Assembly (NCBI GenBank): GCA_029288775.1
Contig: JARIGQ010000003.1
Location: 1 to 52,381 of the forward strand
Length of the DNA stretch: 52,381 nt
From: Candidatus Nomurabacteria bacterium
GTDB taxonomy: Bacteria; Patescibacteriota; Minisyncoccia; Phycocordibacterales; UBA5272
Reading direction: 5' to 3'
A program made the translations under genes and the position numbers. The notes beneath the pieces were generated by a model. That model was not told the origin of the DNA. It made no database searches and saw nothing but the letters and a program-made list of their open reading frames with translations. Shown in pieces: positions 8,759 through 17,976 of the stretch (the first letter of the stretch is position 1; every line of letters starts with the position of its first letter).

Positions 8759-10387
8759 ATGACACGTTTTCCCGCAGCGTCTTTTTCTAAAGCCTTTTCC
8801 CTTATTAAGACATACAAGATAATTTCCGTGCTTGTGGGAGTTTTTGTCATTGGAGGTGCTTGGTATGCTTTTCATGCTAAAACCGCTTCCGCTTCCGTAA
8901 TTATTCAGCAGGTAAAAGTGGTACGAGCTCCACTCTCGGTAGATGTGACTGGATCTGGAACTGTTTCGCCTACCAATACGGTTACTCTTAAGGTAAAAGG
9001 GTCTGGTGATATTCGTGTTATTTCTGTAAAAGCAGGAGACGTAGTAAAGCAAGGTAAAGCTTTGATTTCTTTGGACGCAACAGATGCTTATCGTGCGCTT
9101 CAGACTGCCAAAGTTAATCTTGAAACTGCGCAGCTTGAGTTGGATAAGATCAAAGAGCCAGCAGATACGGTGCAAGTACTTCAGCTTAAAAATCAGATTG
9201 CAGACGCGCAGCAGGCAATAAAGGATCAAGATCTCGCAGTAGCAAATGCCAAACGCGTGCTTTTTAATGCGGGTCTTCAAGCCCTTCCTGAGGTACAGAT
9301 GACAAGCTCACAGCCTCCTACTATCACCGGAAGTTATCTAGGAACCACTGAAGGGCAAATTAAGGTTACAACCTACATGACAGGAGATGGACTTCATTTC
9401 TTGGCTACTGGTCTTGCCAATGGACAAGGAGTTGCAAGTCTTACCACACCTCAACCGCTTGGAGACTCTGGGTTATATATCACCTTTGGGACCCTCGATG
9501 CTCAGCCTAATTGGATTATTTCCATTCCCAACAAAGCCGCTTCTTCATACCTTTCAGCATATACGTCCTATCAAAACGCACTCGCAACGCGTGATAAGAC
9601 AGATGCTTCAGAGCAAGGATCATTGGCTCAGCTTCAGGCTCAATTGGACAAGCTTATGGCAGGGGCCGATGCTTTGGATATACGTGCCAAAGAGCTTGCC
9701 GTTGCTCAGCGTCAAAACGAAGTGGCCGATGCTCAGGCACAGCTTGCGGACTACACGGTGTTTGCCCCGTTTGATGGTATTATCGCAGGAATCACTGCCG
9801 AGGTAGGAGATTCTGTCGGTCCTTCCACGTCACTTGGTACGATTATTACCGACAAAAAAGTTGCCGAAATTTCTTTAAACGAAGCTGATATTTCAAAAGT
9901 AAGTGTTGGTCAAAAGGCAACGCTTACTTTTGATGCTCTTCAGGGAGTCAAATTGAAAGGTACCGTAGCCCAGATTGATACCCTCGGCAGCACTACACAA
10001 GGTGTAGTAACCTATAAGGTAGAAATTGTATTTGATAATGAGGAAGGAGATATTAAGCCTGGAATGACCGTGAACGCAGATATCGAAATCGATCATAAGG
10101 ATGACGTGCTTGTCATTCCAAACGAAGCTATCAAAAGGGTCAAAGGAAAAACCTATGTTGAAGTTCCAAGTGGAAGTTCGGCCTCAAGCACAGCGCAGGT
10201 GGAGATCACAACGGGACTAAGCAATGATACGCAAACCGAAGTAGTAAGCGGGCTCGATGAGGGAGCGCTCGTCGTCATTCGAAGAAGGACTGTAGCTAGC
10301 ACCTCGGGAAGTGCACAAGCTCCTTCGCTTATTGGAGGTGGAGGAGGTAATGCTTCTTTTCGCGCTGGTGCCCGAGGCGGGTTCTAG
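8759..10387 (+). CDS. efflux transporter periplasmic adaptor (HlyD/MacA family)
   Basis: 542 aa. It has an N-terminal TM, lipoyl-like and coiled-coil segments and a beta-barrel C-terminal part. It sits directly upstream of the ABC ATPase and FtsX-type permease. Confidence 0.8.
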   Translation: MTRFPAASFSKAFSLIKTYKIISVLVGVFVIGGAWYAFHAKTASASVIIQQVKVVRAPLSVDVTGSGTVSPTNTVTLKVKGSGDIRVISVKAGDVVKQGKALISLDATDAYRALQTAKVNLETAQLELDKIKEPADTVQVLQLKNQIADAQQAIKDQDLAVANAKRVLFNAGLQALPEVQMTSSQPPTITGSYLGTTEGQIKVTTYMTGDGLHFLATGLANGQGVASLTTPQPLGDSGLYITFGTLDAQPNWIISIPNKAASSYLSAYTSYQNALATRDKTDASEQGSLAQLQAQLDKLMAGADALDIRAKELAVAQRQNEVADAQAQLADYTVFAPFDGIIAGITAEVGDSVGPSTSLGTIITDKKVAEISLNEADISKVSVGQKATLTFDALQGVKLKGTVAQIDTLGSTTQGVVTYKVEIVFDNEEGDIKPGMTVNADIEIDHKDDVLVIPNEAIKRVKGKTYVEVPSGSSASSTAQVEITTGLSNDTQTEVVSGLDEGALVVIRRRTVASTSGSAQAPSLIGGGGGNASFRAGARGGF

Positions 10388-10388
10388 T

Positions 10389-11057
10389 ATGATTGTCTGC
10401 AAATCACTTACCAAGGTGTACACAAACGGAGATACGGACACTCCTGTTCTTCACGGTGTGTCTTTTAGTATCAATAAGGGAGAATTTGTTGCTATTATGG
10501 GCCCTTCAGGTTCTGGTAAATCAACTATTATGAATATCCTTGGTTTGCTTGATAAGCCAACATCCGGTACCTATCACTTGGACGGAAAAGATGTTTCTTA
10601 TTTGAGTGATGATGAACAGGCGTATATACGCGCGCAAAAGATAGGATTTGTTTTTCAGTCGTTTAATCTTCTTCCGCGTACGACAGTACTTCGTAATGTT
10701 GCTTTGCCGCTTATTTATACTGGTTTTGATCCGCACATACGTGAAGAGAAGGCAAAAGAAGCTCTGCGTGCTTCGGGATTTCCAGAGGATCGCTGGGATC
10801 ATATGTCCAATCAGCTTTCGGGTGGACAAATTCAGCGTGTGGCAATTGCGCGTGCGCTTGTAAATGATCCTGCCATCATCCTTGCGGATGAACCCACAGG
10901 AAATTTGGATACCAAGACTGGAGAAATCGTACTTGCTACTTTCAAGAAGCTTAACAAGGAACAAGGCCGCACGATTATTCTTATTACTCATGAGCCTGAT
11001 GTCGCCTCACATGCCGATCGTGTTATCCATGTTCGCGACGGACATCTCGTGAGCTAA
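10389..11057 (+). CDS. ABC transporter ATP-binding protein (MacB/LolD-type)
   Basis: Start moved to ATG 10389 (MIVCKSLTKVY). Walker A GPSGSGKST, signature LSGGQIQR, Walker [12 protein letters not shown]. Confidence 0.9.
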   Translation: MIVCKSLTKVYTNGDTDTPVLHGVSFSINKGEFVAIMGPSGSGKSTIMNILGLLDKPTSGTYHLDGKDVSYLSDDEQAYIRAQKIGFVFQSFNLLPRTTVLRNVALPLIYTGFDPHIREEKAKEALRASGFPEDRWDHMSNQLSGGQIQRVAIARALVNDPAIILADEPTGNLDTKTGEIVLATFKKLNKEQGRTIILITHEPDVASHADRVIHVRDGHLVS

Positions 11058-11063
11058 TTACTT

Positions 11064-12284
11064 ATGACTTTTTTAGACACAGCAGAAGAGACCATAGCAG
11101 CTCTAACCGCCAACAAGACACGCTCCCTTCTTACGGTGCTTGGTATTGTGATTGGTATTGCTTCGGTAATTGTGGTACTTGCCGTTGGTAATGGCGCCAA
11201 AGCAAGCATTGAGTCCCGTATTAGTTCGCTCGGTACGAATCTCTTAACAGTGTCTCCTGGAGGCGGCCAGCGAGGAGGTGGAGCTTCCCAAGGACGAGGA
11301 TCAGGAAACTCTCTCACACTCGAGGATGCTTCCGCTATTACTTCTTTGACGGAGTATGTTTCTGCTGTGTCCCCTGAGACACAATCGCGTGCACAAGTGG
11401 TGGCAACGCCCAATAATACAAATACGACGATTTATGGAGTGACTGATGCGTACACCGACGTGCATTCGATTGACATGGAGGAAGGAAACTTTATAGCTAC
11501 CGATGAGAGCAATCAGTTTGCTAAAGTGGTAGTGCTTGGACCAACTACCCGCGATGATCTTTTTGGTCAAGGAGCAGATGTAATTGGAGAAAAGGTGCGT
11601 ATCAATAATCAGGAATTTACGGTAATAGGGGTCACGCTAGCTAAAGGAGGCAGCGGTCTCGGTAATACAGATGATCGTGTCTATATGCCGCTTCTTACTG
11701 AACAGCAGTATCTTACAGGGTCTAAGTATCTCTCAACCATTTCTGTGTCGGTAAGCGACGCCTCGAAAATGGCGGATGCGCAGACAGTTATTACCAATCT
11801 TCTTCTTCGTAGGCATAAGATACGCGATCCTTCGGCTGCAGATTTTTCTATTTTTAATCAGGCGGATCTTGCTGCAACTGCAAATTCAATCACTGGAACG
11901 CTTACGCTTCTTTTGGGTTCAGTGGCCGGAATCTCGCTTGTGGTAGGAGGTATCGGCATTATGAATATGATGCTTACTACCGTACGCGAGCGAACCCGCG
12001 AAATCGGCTTGCGTAAAGCAATTGGAGCTCGCAAGCGAGATATTTCATTTCAGTTTCTTTCCGAAGCAATCGCGCTTACTGTCTTTGGGGGTATCATTGG
12101 CATTGTTGTCGGGTATATCATATCCAAAGCCTTTACCTTAACTGGCCTTATTGCTACTTCGGTTACACTTGAACCAGTAGTAGTTGCTTTCGGAGTATCT
12201 GCGCTTATAGGGATTGTCTTTGGGTATTATCCGGCTAAGAAAGCGGCTGAACTTAATCCTATTGAAGCACTTAGGTATGAATAG
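11064..12284 (+). CDS. ABC transporter permease (MacB periplasmic domain plus FtsX-like TM domain)
   Basis: 406 aa. It has an N-terminal TM, a large extracytoplasmic domain and a C-terminal 3-TM FtsX-like region (REIGLRKAIGARKRDI). Confidence 0.85.
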   Translation: MTFLDTAEETIAALTANKTRSLLTVLGIVIGIASVIVVLAVGNGAKASIESRISSLGTNLLTVSPGGGQRGGGASQGRGSGNSLTLEDASAITSLTEYVSAVSPETQSRAQVVATPNNTNTTIYGVTDAYTDVHSIDMEEGNFIATDESNQFAKVVVLGPTTRDDLFGQGADVIGEKVRINNQEFTVIGVTLAKGGSGLGNTDDRVYMPLLTEQQYLTGSKYLSTISVSVSDASKMADAQTVITNLLLRRHKIRDPSAADFSIFNQADLAATANSITGTLTLLLGSVAGISLVVGGIGIMNMMLTTVRERTREIGLRKAIGARKRDISFQFLSEAIALTVFGGIIGIVVGYIISKAFTLTGLIATSVTLEPVVVAFGVSALIGIVFGYYPAKKAAELNPIEALRYE

Positions 12285-12292
12285 GAAAGTGG

Positions 12293-12298
12293 TATACT
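12293..12298 (+). promoter_or_regulatory. -10 hexamer TATACT (TGg-extended) 6 nt before ATG 12305; putative leaderless promoter
   Basis: gTGgTATACTttctgcATG. Confidence 0.5.
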
Positions 12299-12304
12299 TT
12301 CTGC

Positions 12305-12688
12305 ATGTCATCTATCTTTTCACAAATTATTGCAGGTGAGATTCCGTGCTATAAGATTTATGAGGATCCAAAGACGATAGCAATTCTCACTATTCGTCCG
12401 CACACTAAAGGGCACACCCTCGTTATTCCTAAGGTTGAGGTAGACCATTGGGATGATGTTCCGCCTGAATTTTTTGGTCATATGTGGCAAACTGCACAAT
12501 TCGTAGCCAAGATGCTCAAAGAAAAGCTTCATCCTGCTCGAGTGGGGATAATGGTAGCTGGATTTGAAGTGCCTCATGCCCATATTCATTTGATTCCCAT
12601 CAATGAAATGGAAGATCTCTCTATAGGAAAAGCGTATGACGCAACCCAAGAAGAGCTTAAAGAGGTTCATACTATCATTACCTCCTAA
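12305..12688 (+). CDS. HIT family (histidine triad) nucleotide hydrolase
   Basis: HAHIHLIP histidine-triad motif. 127 aa. Confidence 0.9.
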   Translation: MSSIFSQIIAGEIPCYKIYEDPKTIAILTIRPHTKGHTLVIPKVEVDHWDDVPPEFFGHMWQTAQFVAKMLKEKLHPARVGIMVAGFEVPHAHIHLIPINEMEDLSIGKAYDATQEELKEVHTIITS

Positions 12689-12689
12689 T

Positions 12690-12941
12690 ATGACCTTTAA
12701 AGAACAAGTGTATGATGTAGTGCGTGGTATTCCAGAAGGAACGTTTATGACGTATAAGGAAGTGGCGATAAAAGTCGGCAGGCCTCGCGCCATGCGAGCA
12801 GTGGGGATGGTATTAAGTCAGAATTATCATCCTGATGTGCCATGCCATCGCGTCATTCGAAGCGATGGGAAAATGGGTGGATATAATCGGGGAGGGGTCA
12901 CTAAGAAATTGGAAATCTTGACGCGCGAGGGCGCACTCTAA
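12690..12941 (+). CDS. methylated-DNA--protein-cysteine methyltransferase, DNA-binding/active-site domain only
   Basis: Start moved to ATG 12690. 83 aa. The PCHRVI active-site motif is present. The N-terminal domain is absent. Confidence 0.8.
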   Translation: MTFKEQVYDVVRGIPEGTFMTYKEVAIKVGRPRAMRAVGMVLSQNYHPDVPCHRVIRSDGKMGGYNRGGVTKKLEILTREGAL

Positions 12942-12943
12942 AT

Positions 12944-13282
12944 ATGAATTATCTGCTTTACAGAACGCTTGCTGTACTGGTTGCGAGTTACATTACCAAA
13001 GTGGGGGTGCCCATTGTATTTTCATGGCACACCGGATGGACCGCGTTTGTTTTTGCAATTGTCCTTGCAATTATCAACAATACGATTAAGCCAGCCATTG
13101 CAGGTATCACGCTTCCGATTACCCTGCTTACGCTTGGAGCTTTCTCATTGGTTGTTAATGGGCTTATGGTAGCTCTCGCAGCTTTTCTGGTTCCGGGGTT
13201 TGAAATACCCTCTTTTATCATGGCTATGGTGTTCGCCTCAGTACTTACGTTAGTGAATTGGATTCTTCACGTATTTGAATAA
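12944..13282 (+). CDS. small multi-pass membrane protein (DUF360 / phage-holin-4-like)
   Basis: 112 aa with 3-4 hydrophobic helices (LGAFSLVVNGLMVALAAFLVPGF). Confidence 0.55.
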   Translation: MNYLLYRTLAVLVASYITKVGVPIVFSWHTGWTAFVFAIVLAIINNTIKPAIAGITLPITLLTLGAFSLVVNGLMVALAAFLVPGFEIPSFIMAMVFASVLTLVNWILHVFE

Positions 13283-13392
13283 TGTAAGATTTGTTACAAA
13301 AAGGCGTCTCCTCTTGCGGAAACTCCTTGTTTCTGCGAAGGTGCCATATAACATGGAGGAGACACGTTGCAGCCGCGAAAAGCGGCTGCTTT

Positions 13393-13818
13393 TTATTGTT
13401 CTTCTGCTTCGGTTATCTCCTCCACATCTTCCTGAATTTCATCAATATCTTCCTGCATTTCTTCCACGTCTTCTTGCATTTCATCGATGTCTTCTTGAAT
13501 TTCGTCGACATCCTCTTGAATTTCTTCCACATCTTCCTGAATTTCATCAATGTCCTTTTCTACATTGGCAAGGGCTCGTGCTTGATGATTCACGCTCATT
13601 TGGATAAATATAGAAAGATAAATTGCTTCTAGGGAGACGAGTGTGGTAAGTACGAGAAGTACGCGATCAAGATCTGCTCCAAAGAGTACTAATAAAAACG
13701 CACCTATAAAGAAAAGGGTGTGAACAATAACCGACGGTACGGAGCCTATCCACTTCGTCACAAGAAGTGCAAGCTCTTCCGCCTTGGAGAAGGGCGTTTT
13801 TGGAGAAGAAACTGCCAT
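13393..13818 (-). CDS. DUF1003-like membrane protein with C-terminal acidic heptad repeats
   Basis: 141 aa. It has two TM helices, the segment SIFIQMSVNHQ, then six 7-aa repeats (IDEIQED, VEEIQED and similar). Confidence 0.55.
   Translation of the reverse strand: MAVSSPKTPFSKAEELALLVTKWIGSVPSVIVHTLFFIGAFLLVLFGADLDRVLLVLTTLVSLEAIYLSIFIQMSVNHQARALANVEKDIDEIQEDVEEIQEDVDEIQEDIDEMQEDVEEMQEDIDEIQEDVEEITEAEEQ
13426..13551. repeat. tandem repeat, 6 x 21 nt, inside the 13393-13818 CDS
   Basis: Units are atcttcctgaatttcatcaat / atcttcctgcatttcttccac / gtcttcttgcatttcatcgat / gtcttcttgaatttcgtcgac / atcctcttgaatttcttccac / atcttcctgaatttcatcaat. The first and last units are identical. Confidence 0.9.
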
Positions 13819-13824
13819 ATTTCC

Positions 13825-13830
13825 ACTATA
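13825..13830 (-). promoter_or_regulatory. -10 hexamer TATAGT (TGa-extended) 6 nt before the minus-strand ATG at 13818; putative leaderless promoter
   Basis: Minus strand reads aTGaTATAGTggaaatATG. Confidence 0.5.
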
Positions 13831-13842
13831 TCATGGAAGTGC

Positions 13843-13848
13843 TAGAAT
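13843..13848 (+). promoter_or_regulatory. -10 hexamer TAGAAT (TGc-extended) 8 nt before ATG 13857
   Basis: gTGcTAGAATggccgtgtATG. Confidence 0.45.
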
Positions 13849-13856
13849 GGCCGTGT

Positions 13857-14972
13857 ATGACCACTATTATCCTCATAGTGCTTGCAGTACTCCTTTTAGT
13901 CCTAGGAGGGATTGTAGCGCTTGTTGTATCGCTTATTAGGAAAAACACTACCATGGAATCAAAAACCAAAGCCGTTGACGTGTTCGTATATGCCGGAATC
14001 TTTATTTCGCTTCTTGTGAGTGTGTCTAATATTGTTCAAATCCTTTTTGCTGCAATTGAACGACGTTTTACTGATGTGCTTGAAGCGGGACAATATATGG
14101 ATGCATATTCAAGTGATATGCGTATGGCAATCGCATCTTTGATTGTCGCCTTTCCCATTTATTTGGCACTTTCCATGTATGTATCGAAGGATATTAGCAA
14201 ATTTCATTTCAAACGCGATCTTCTCATACGAAAGCTTTTCGTGTATGTAACACTCTTTGCAACGGCCATTACTGTGCTTGGGGCGCTTGTTGCAACAATT
14301 TATACCTATCTAGGCGGAGAGCTTACGGTCCGCTTTGGGCTTAAGGCACTTGCTACTATTCTCGTAGCCGCGCTTGTGGGAGGGTATTATCTGTATGCAC
14401 TTAAGCGAAATTACACAAAAGAAACCAAGCTTCCTTATCTTTTTGCCGGGGTATCAACAGTGCTTGTGCTTGCAGCGCTTGTGTGGAGCATTTCTATTAT
14501 CGGTACACCAAAGGAAATGCGGGCCCGACGCATTGATGATACGCGACTTTCGGATATCTCAAGTCTTCAGCAGCAGGTATACAACCATTTTCAGACTACT
14601 GATAAGCTCCCGGCTACTTTATCTGAGCTTAATGATGCTTTTCAAGGGTACGCAGTTCCTACAGATCCGATGACAAAGGCGTCCTATGAGTATCGTGTGA
14701 TTCAGCAGCCAACGATTGCGGTTGATTTTATGACGAAGAAGAAAGTAATGACATCCAACGCCATTTTTGAACTATGTGCTGACTTCGATACGGTACGGGA
14801 GACAAATGGAGATGGAAGCCCTTCATATCCTAAGGGTGGCATTGGAACGGACGCTCCGTATCTTGCTTCCAATTACTATTATGAAGGCGATCAGTCACCA
14901 TTTTGGAATCATGAAGCTGAGCATACATGCTTCAAGCGAGTGATTACTCCAAGCATGTATTACGGACAATAG
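13857..14972 (+). CDS. multi-pass membrane protein of unknown function with soluble C-terminal domain
   Basis: Start moved to ATG 13857 to avoid overlap with the divergent gene. The N-terminal half has several TM helices. No catalytic motif recognised. Confidence 0.5.
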   Translation: MTTIILIVLAVLLLVLGGIVALVVSLIRKNTTMESKTKAVDVFVYAGIFISLLVSVSNIVQILFAAIERRFTDVLEAGQYMDAYSSDMRMAIASLIVAFPIYLALSMYVSKDISKFHFKRDLLIRKLFVYVTLFATAITVLGALVATIYTYLGGELTVRFGLKALATILVAALVGGYYLYALKRNYTKETKLPYLFAGVSTVLVLAALVWSISIIGTPKEMRARRIDDTRLSDISSLQQQVYNHFQTTDKLPATLSELNDAFQGYAVPTDPMTKASYEYRVIQQPTIAVDFMTKKKVMTSNAIFELCADFDTVRETNGDGSPSYPKGGIGTDAPYLASNYYYEGDQSPFWNHEAEHTCFKRVITPSMYYGQ

Positions 14973-15049
14973 ATTGTACAAAGAGAGACTGTTTAAGGTC
15001 TCTTTTTTGCTCGACAAGAAACAGAATTTCACGTAAAGTTAAAAGTACT

Positions 15050-17929
15050 ATGAGCACCTACGACTATCACGCAATCGAGGAATACTGGAAGAAAAAGTGG
15101 GATGAGCAGAAGTTGTATACAACAGATATACACAGTTCTCGCCCGAAGCTCTATCTTCTTGTGGAATTTCCTTACCCCTCCGGTGCAGGGCTGCATATGG
15201 GGCATATGCGAAGTTATACGGCTATGGACGTGATTGCACGCAAGAAGCGTCGAGAAGGCTATGAAGTACTTTTCCCTATCGGATATGACGCTTTTGGTCT
15301 TCCTGCAGAAAATTATGCAATTAAGACTGGTATTCATCCAAAAGTGACTACTCAAGAAAATATTGAAAATTTTCGCAAGCAAATGAAAGCGTGTGGTTTT
15401 TCCTTTGATTGGGAACGTGAAATTGATACTACTGATCCGGCATATTACAAGTGGACGCAGTGGATTTTCCTGAAGCTCTATGAAAAGGGGCTAGCGTACA
15501 AGCGAGAAATGCCTGTGAATTGGTGTCCAAAAGACAAATGCGTACTTGCCAATGAAGAAGTGGTAGATGGAGCTTGTGAGCGGTGTGGTACGCCGGTTGA
15601 AAAGAAAAATAAAAAGCAGTGGATGTTGGCAATTACCAAATATGCGGAACGCCTAGACAAAGATCTGGATGAAACCACTTATTTGGATAAGATAAAAATT
15701 CAGCAGCGTAATTGGATTGGACTTTCAACGGGAAGTGAACTTACGTTCACGCTTAAAGCTCAAAATGAAAGTATTCCTTTTGCTATCTTTACTACGCGGG
15801 CTGATACTATTTTTGGGTGTACCTATTGTGTACTTGCACCCGAGCACCCACTGGTGGGGCAATTGCTCGATAAGGGATTACTTACCAATAAAGAAGAAGT
15901 AGCTCGTTACAAGGAAGATGCCGCGCTTAAACTTGATATTGATCGCTCGGCAGAAGGGAAAGAAAAGACAGGTGTTCGTTTGGAAGGAGTGACGGCAATT
16001 AACCCAGCAACACAAGAAGAGGTTCCGGTATTTATTGCTGATTATGTGCTTCCACAATACGGAACCGGAGCAATTATGGCCGTTCCGGCCCATGATGAGC
16101 GCGACTACGCGTTTGCTATTCGTTACAATCTTCCAATGAGGGAGGTAACACGGCCATATGTAATTGATCATGTAAATGTTCCACGTGCTGATAAGCCAAC
16201 CAAAGTAAGACGCAATGTGCATGCAATTGTGCGTGACCCAAAGAATGGAACTTTTCTTATTATTCGGAATTCTATTCACAGGTGGGACACTATTGTTATA
16301 GGAGGAGTGGAAGAAGGAGAGGATGTTATAGAAGCAGCAAGACGTGAGCTTCGAGAAGAGACAGGCTATACAGATGTTGAATATGTGAAGACCCTCGGTG
16401 ATCCTGTTCAGGCAGGTTATTTTGCACCGCATAAGGATGAAAATCGTTTAGCAATTGCAAGCGCGGTATATTTTGAGTTAAAGAGTGACACAAGGGAGCC
16501 GATAGCGCTCGATGGTGAAAACGAAGGTAATGAAATTTTGTGGGTGACACCTGAAGAATTTGTTCCAGGAAAGATGATCAATTCGGAGCTTCCATATTGG
16601 CTTACGCGGCTAGCAAGCGATAAGCCGGTATTATTTACCCACGAAGGCATTCTTGTAAATTCAGGATCATTTGATGGGCTTTCTGGGGAAGAAGCAAAGA
16701 AGAAAATTACGGAAGCACTCGGTGGAAAGGTTGTTGTGAAGTCAAAGCTTCGCGATTGGGTGTTTGCTCGCCAGCGTTATTGGGGGGAACCAACTCCAAT
16801 TGTGTACGGTGAAGACGGCACCATGTATCCTGTGCATGAGAGTAATTTGCCCATTATTCTTCCTAATGTAGCTAAGTTCGAACCAACAGATAATGGTGAA
16901 TCACCTCTCTATCAGGTGCCTGAATGGGTAAACGTAAAAGGTTATATTGATGAGCAAGGATACTTCCATGAAGATGCTGCGAAAGAGACTGTATTTAAGC
17001 GAGAAACTGATACTATGCCGCAATGGGCAGGTTCTTCATGGTATTTCATGCGTTATATTGACCCCAAGAATGATCACGCGATTGGTGATCCTGCCCTTTT
17101 AGGAAAATGGCTTCCAGTGGATTGGTATAACGGTGGCATGGAACACACCACACTTCATCTTTTGTATTCCCGATTTTGGTATAAGTTCCTTTATGACCTT
17201 GGTATTGTGCCTACAAGCGAACCATACATGAAGCGTACTTCGCAAGGAATGATTTTGGGGGAAGGTGGAGTGAAGATGAGTAAGTCTTTAGGAAACGTTG
17301 TAAGTCCAGATGACATTATCAAAGAATTCGGTGCTGACGTGCTTCGGGTGTATGAAATGTTTATTGGTCCTTTTGATCAATCAGTGGCGTGGGATAGTAA
17401 GGCAATCGTCGGTGTAGAGCGATTCTTGGATAAGGTACAGAAGATATGTTCTAAAGTAACGGAAGATGCCGAATCGCTTTCAATTACTCACCAAACAATC
17501 AAGAAAGTGACCGAAGGTATTGATGGTATGTTGTTCAATACCTGTGTATCGCAGCTTATGATTTGCGCCAATGAGTATGAAAAGACCAATGAAGTAGCCA
17601 AAGCAGACTTTGAGAATTTTGTATGTCTCTTGGCTCCTTTTGCGCCGTTTATTGCAGAAGAGCTTTGGAAAGATCTAGGGCAGACTGTAAGTGTCCACCG
17701 GGCTCCATGGCCAGAGTTTGATGAGACAAAGCTTGTTGAATCTACGGTTACTATTGCTATTCAAATAGGTGGCAAACTTCGCGGAACCCTTGTACTTCCT
17801 CGAGATATGGCCGAAATGAACGTATTGGATGAGGCGAAAAAGACTGATACGTATCAGAAATATGTAGGGGAAGCGACCCCTAAAAAGGTCATTTTTGTGC
17901 CAAATAAGCTCATAAACATCGTAATTTGA
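15050..17929 (+). CDS. leuS: leucine--tRNA ligase carrying an inserted Nudix hydrolase domain
   Basis: Start moved to ATG 15050 (MSTYDYHAIEEYWKKKW). HMGHMRSY (HIGH) and VKMSKSLGN (KMSKS) are present. CP1 editing motifs TTRADTIFG and GTGAIMAVPAHDERDY are present. The Nudix box GGVEEGEDVIEAARRELREETGY lies at 16301-16369. Confidence 0.95.
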   Translation: MSTYDYHAIEEYWKKKWDEQKLYTTDIHSSRPKLYLLVEFPYPSGAGLHMGHMRSYTAMDVIARKKRREGYEVLFPIGYDAFGLPAENYAIKTGIHPKVTTQENIENFRKQMKACGFSFDWEREIDTTDPAYYKWTQWIFLKLYEKGLAYKREMPVNWCPKDKCVLANEEVVDGACERCGTPVEKKNKKQWMLAITKYAERLDKDLDETTYLDKIKIQQRNWIGLSTGSELTFTLKAQNESIPFAIFTTRADTIFGCTYCVLAPEHPLVGQLLDKGLLTNKEEVARYKEDAALKLDIDRSAEGKEKTGVRLEGVTAINPATQEEVPVFIADYVLPQYGTGAIMAVPAHDERDYAFAIRYNLPMREVTRPYVIDHVNVPRADKPTKVRRNVHAIVRDPKNGTFLIIRNSIHRWDTIVIGGVEEGEDVIEAARRELREETGYTDVEYVKTLGDPVQAGYFAPHKDENRLAIASAVYFELKSDTREPIALDGENEGNEILWVTPEEFVPGKMINSELPYWLTRLASDKPVLFTHEGILVNSGSFDGLSGEEAKKKITEALGGKVVVKSKLRDWVFARQRYWGEPTPIVYGEDGTMYPVHESNLPIILPNVAKFEPTDNGESPLYQVPEWVNVKGYIDEQGYFHEDAAKETVFKRETDTMPQWAGSSWYFMRYIDPKNDHAIGDPALLGKWLPVDWYNGGMEHTTLHLLYSRFWYKFLYDLGIVPTSEPYMKRTSQGMILGEGGVKMSKSLGNVVSPDDIIKEFGADVLRVYEMFIGPFDQSVAWDSKAIVGVERFLDKVQKICSKVTEDAESLSITHQTIKKVTEGIDGMLFNTCVSQLMICANEYEKTNEVAKADFENFVCLLAPFAPFIAEELWKDLGQTVSVHRAPWPEFDETKLVESTVTIAIQIGGKLRGTLVLPRDMAEMNVLDEAKKTDTYQKYVGEATPKKVIFVPNKLINIVI

Positions 17930-17976
17930 CGTTTTTGGCAAGTTCTGGTAGAATGAATTACATCTTAATCACACGT

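Noticed and set aside
8759-12284. The MacAB-like efflux genes plus HIT, MGMT and the holin-like genes as a defence or toxin export island.
   Set aside because: All have native composition and native promoter style. The gene families are ordinary housekeeping or stress functions, and there is no evidence for a dedicated system.
13426-13551. Possible CRISPR array or other spacer-repeat structure.
   Set aside because: The 21-nt units are contiguous with no spacers, in frame, and encode a heptad-repeat protein tail. This is a coding tandem repeat, not a CRISPR array.
13275-13632. Two overlapping plus-strand ORFs (110 and 113 aa) with repetitive sequence.
   Set aside because: They are antisense translations of the 21-nt tandem repeat inside the DUF1003-like gene and have no independent signals.
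14975-14982. TTGTACAA palindrome and other TACAAAG-containing sites (for example 8147-8155 inside msrA) as further copies of the cassette promoter -35 element.
   Set aside because: The matches are short (8-9 nt) and expected by chance in 52 kb on two strands. One is inside a coding region. They are not counted as evidence.
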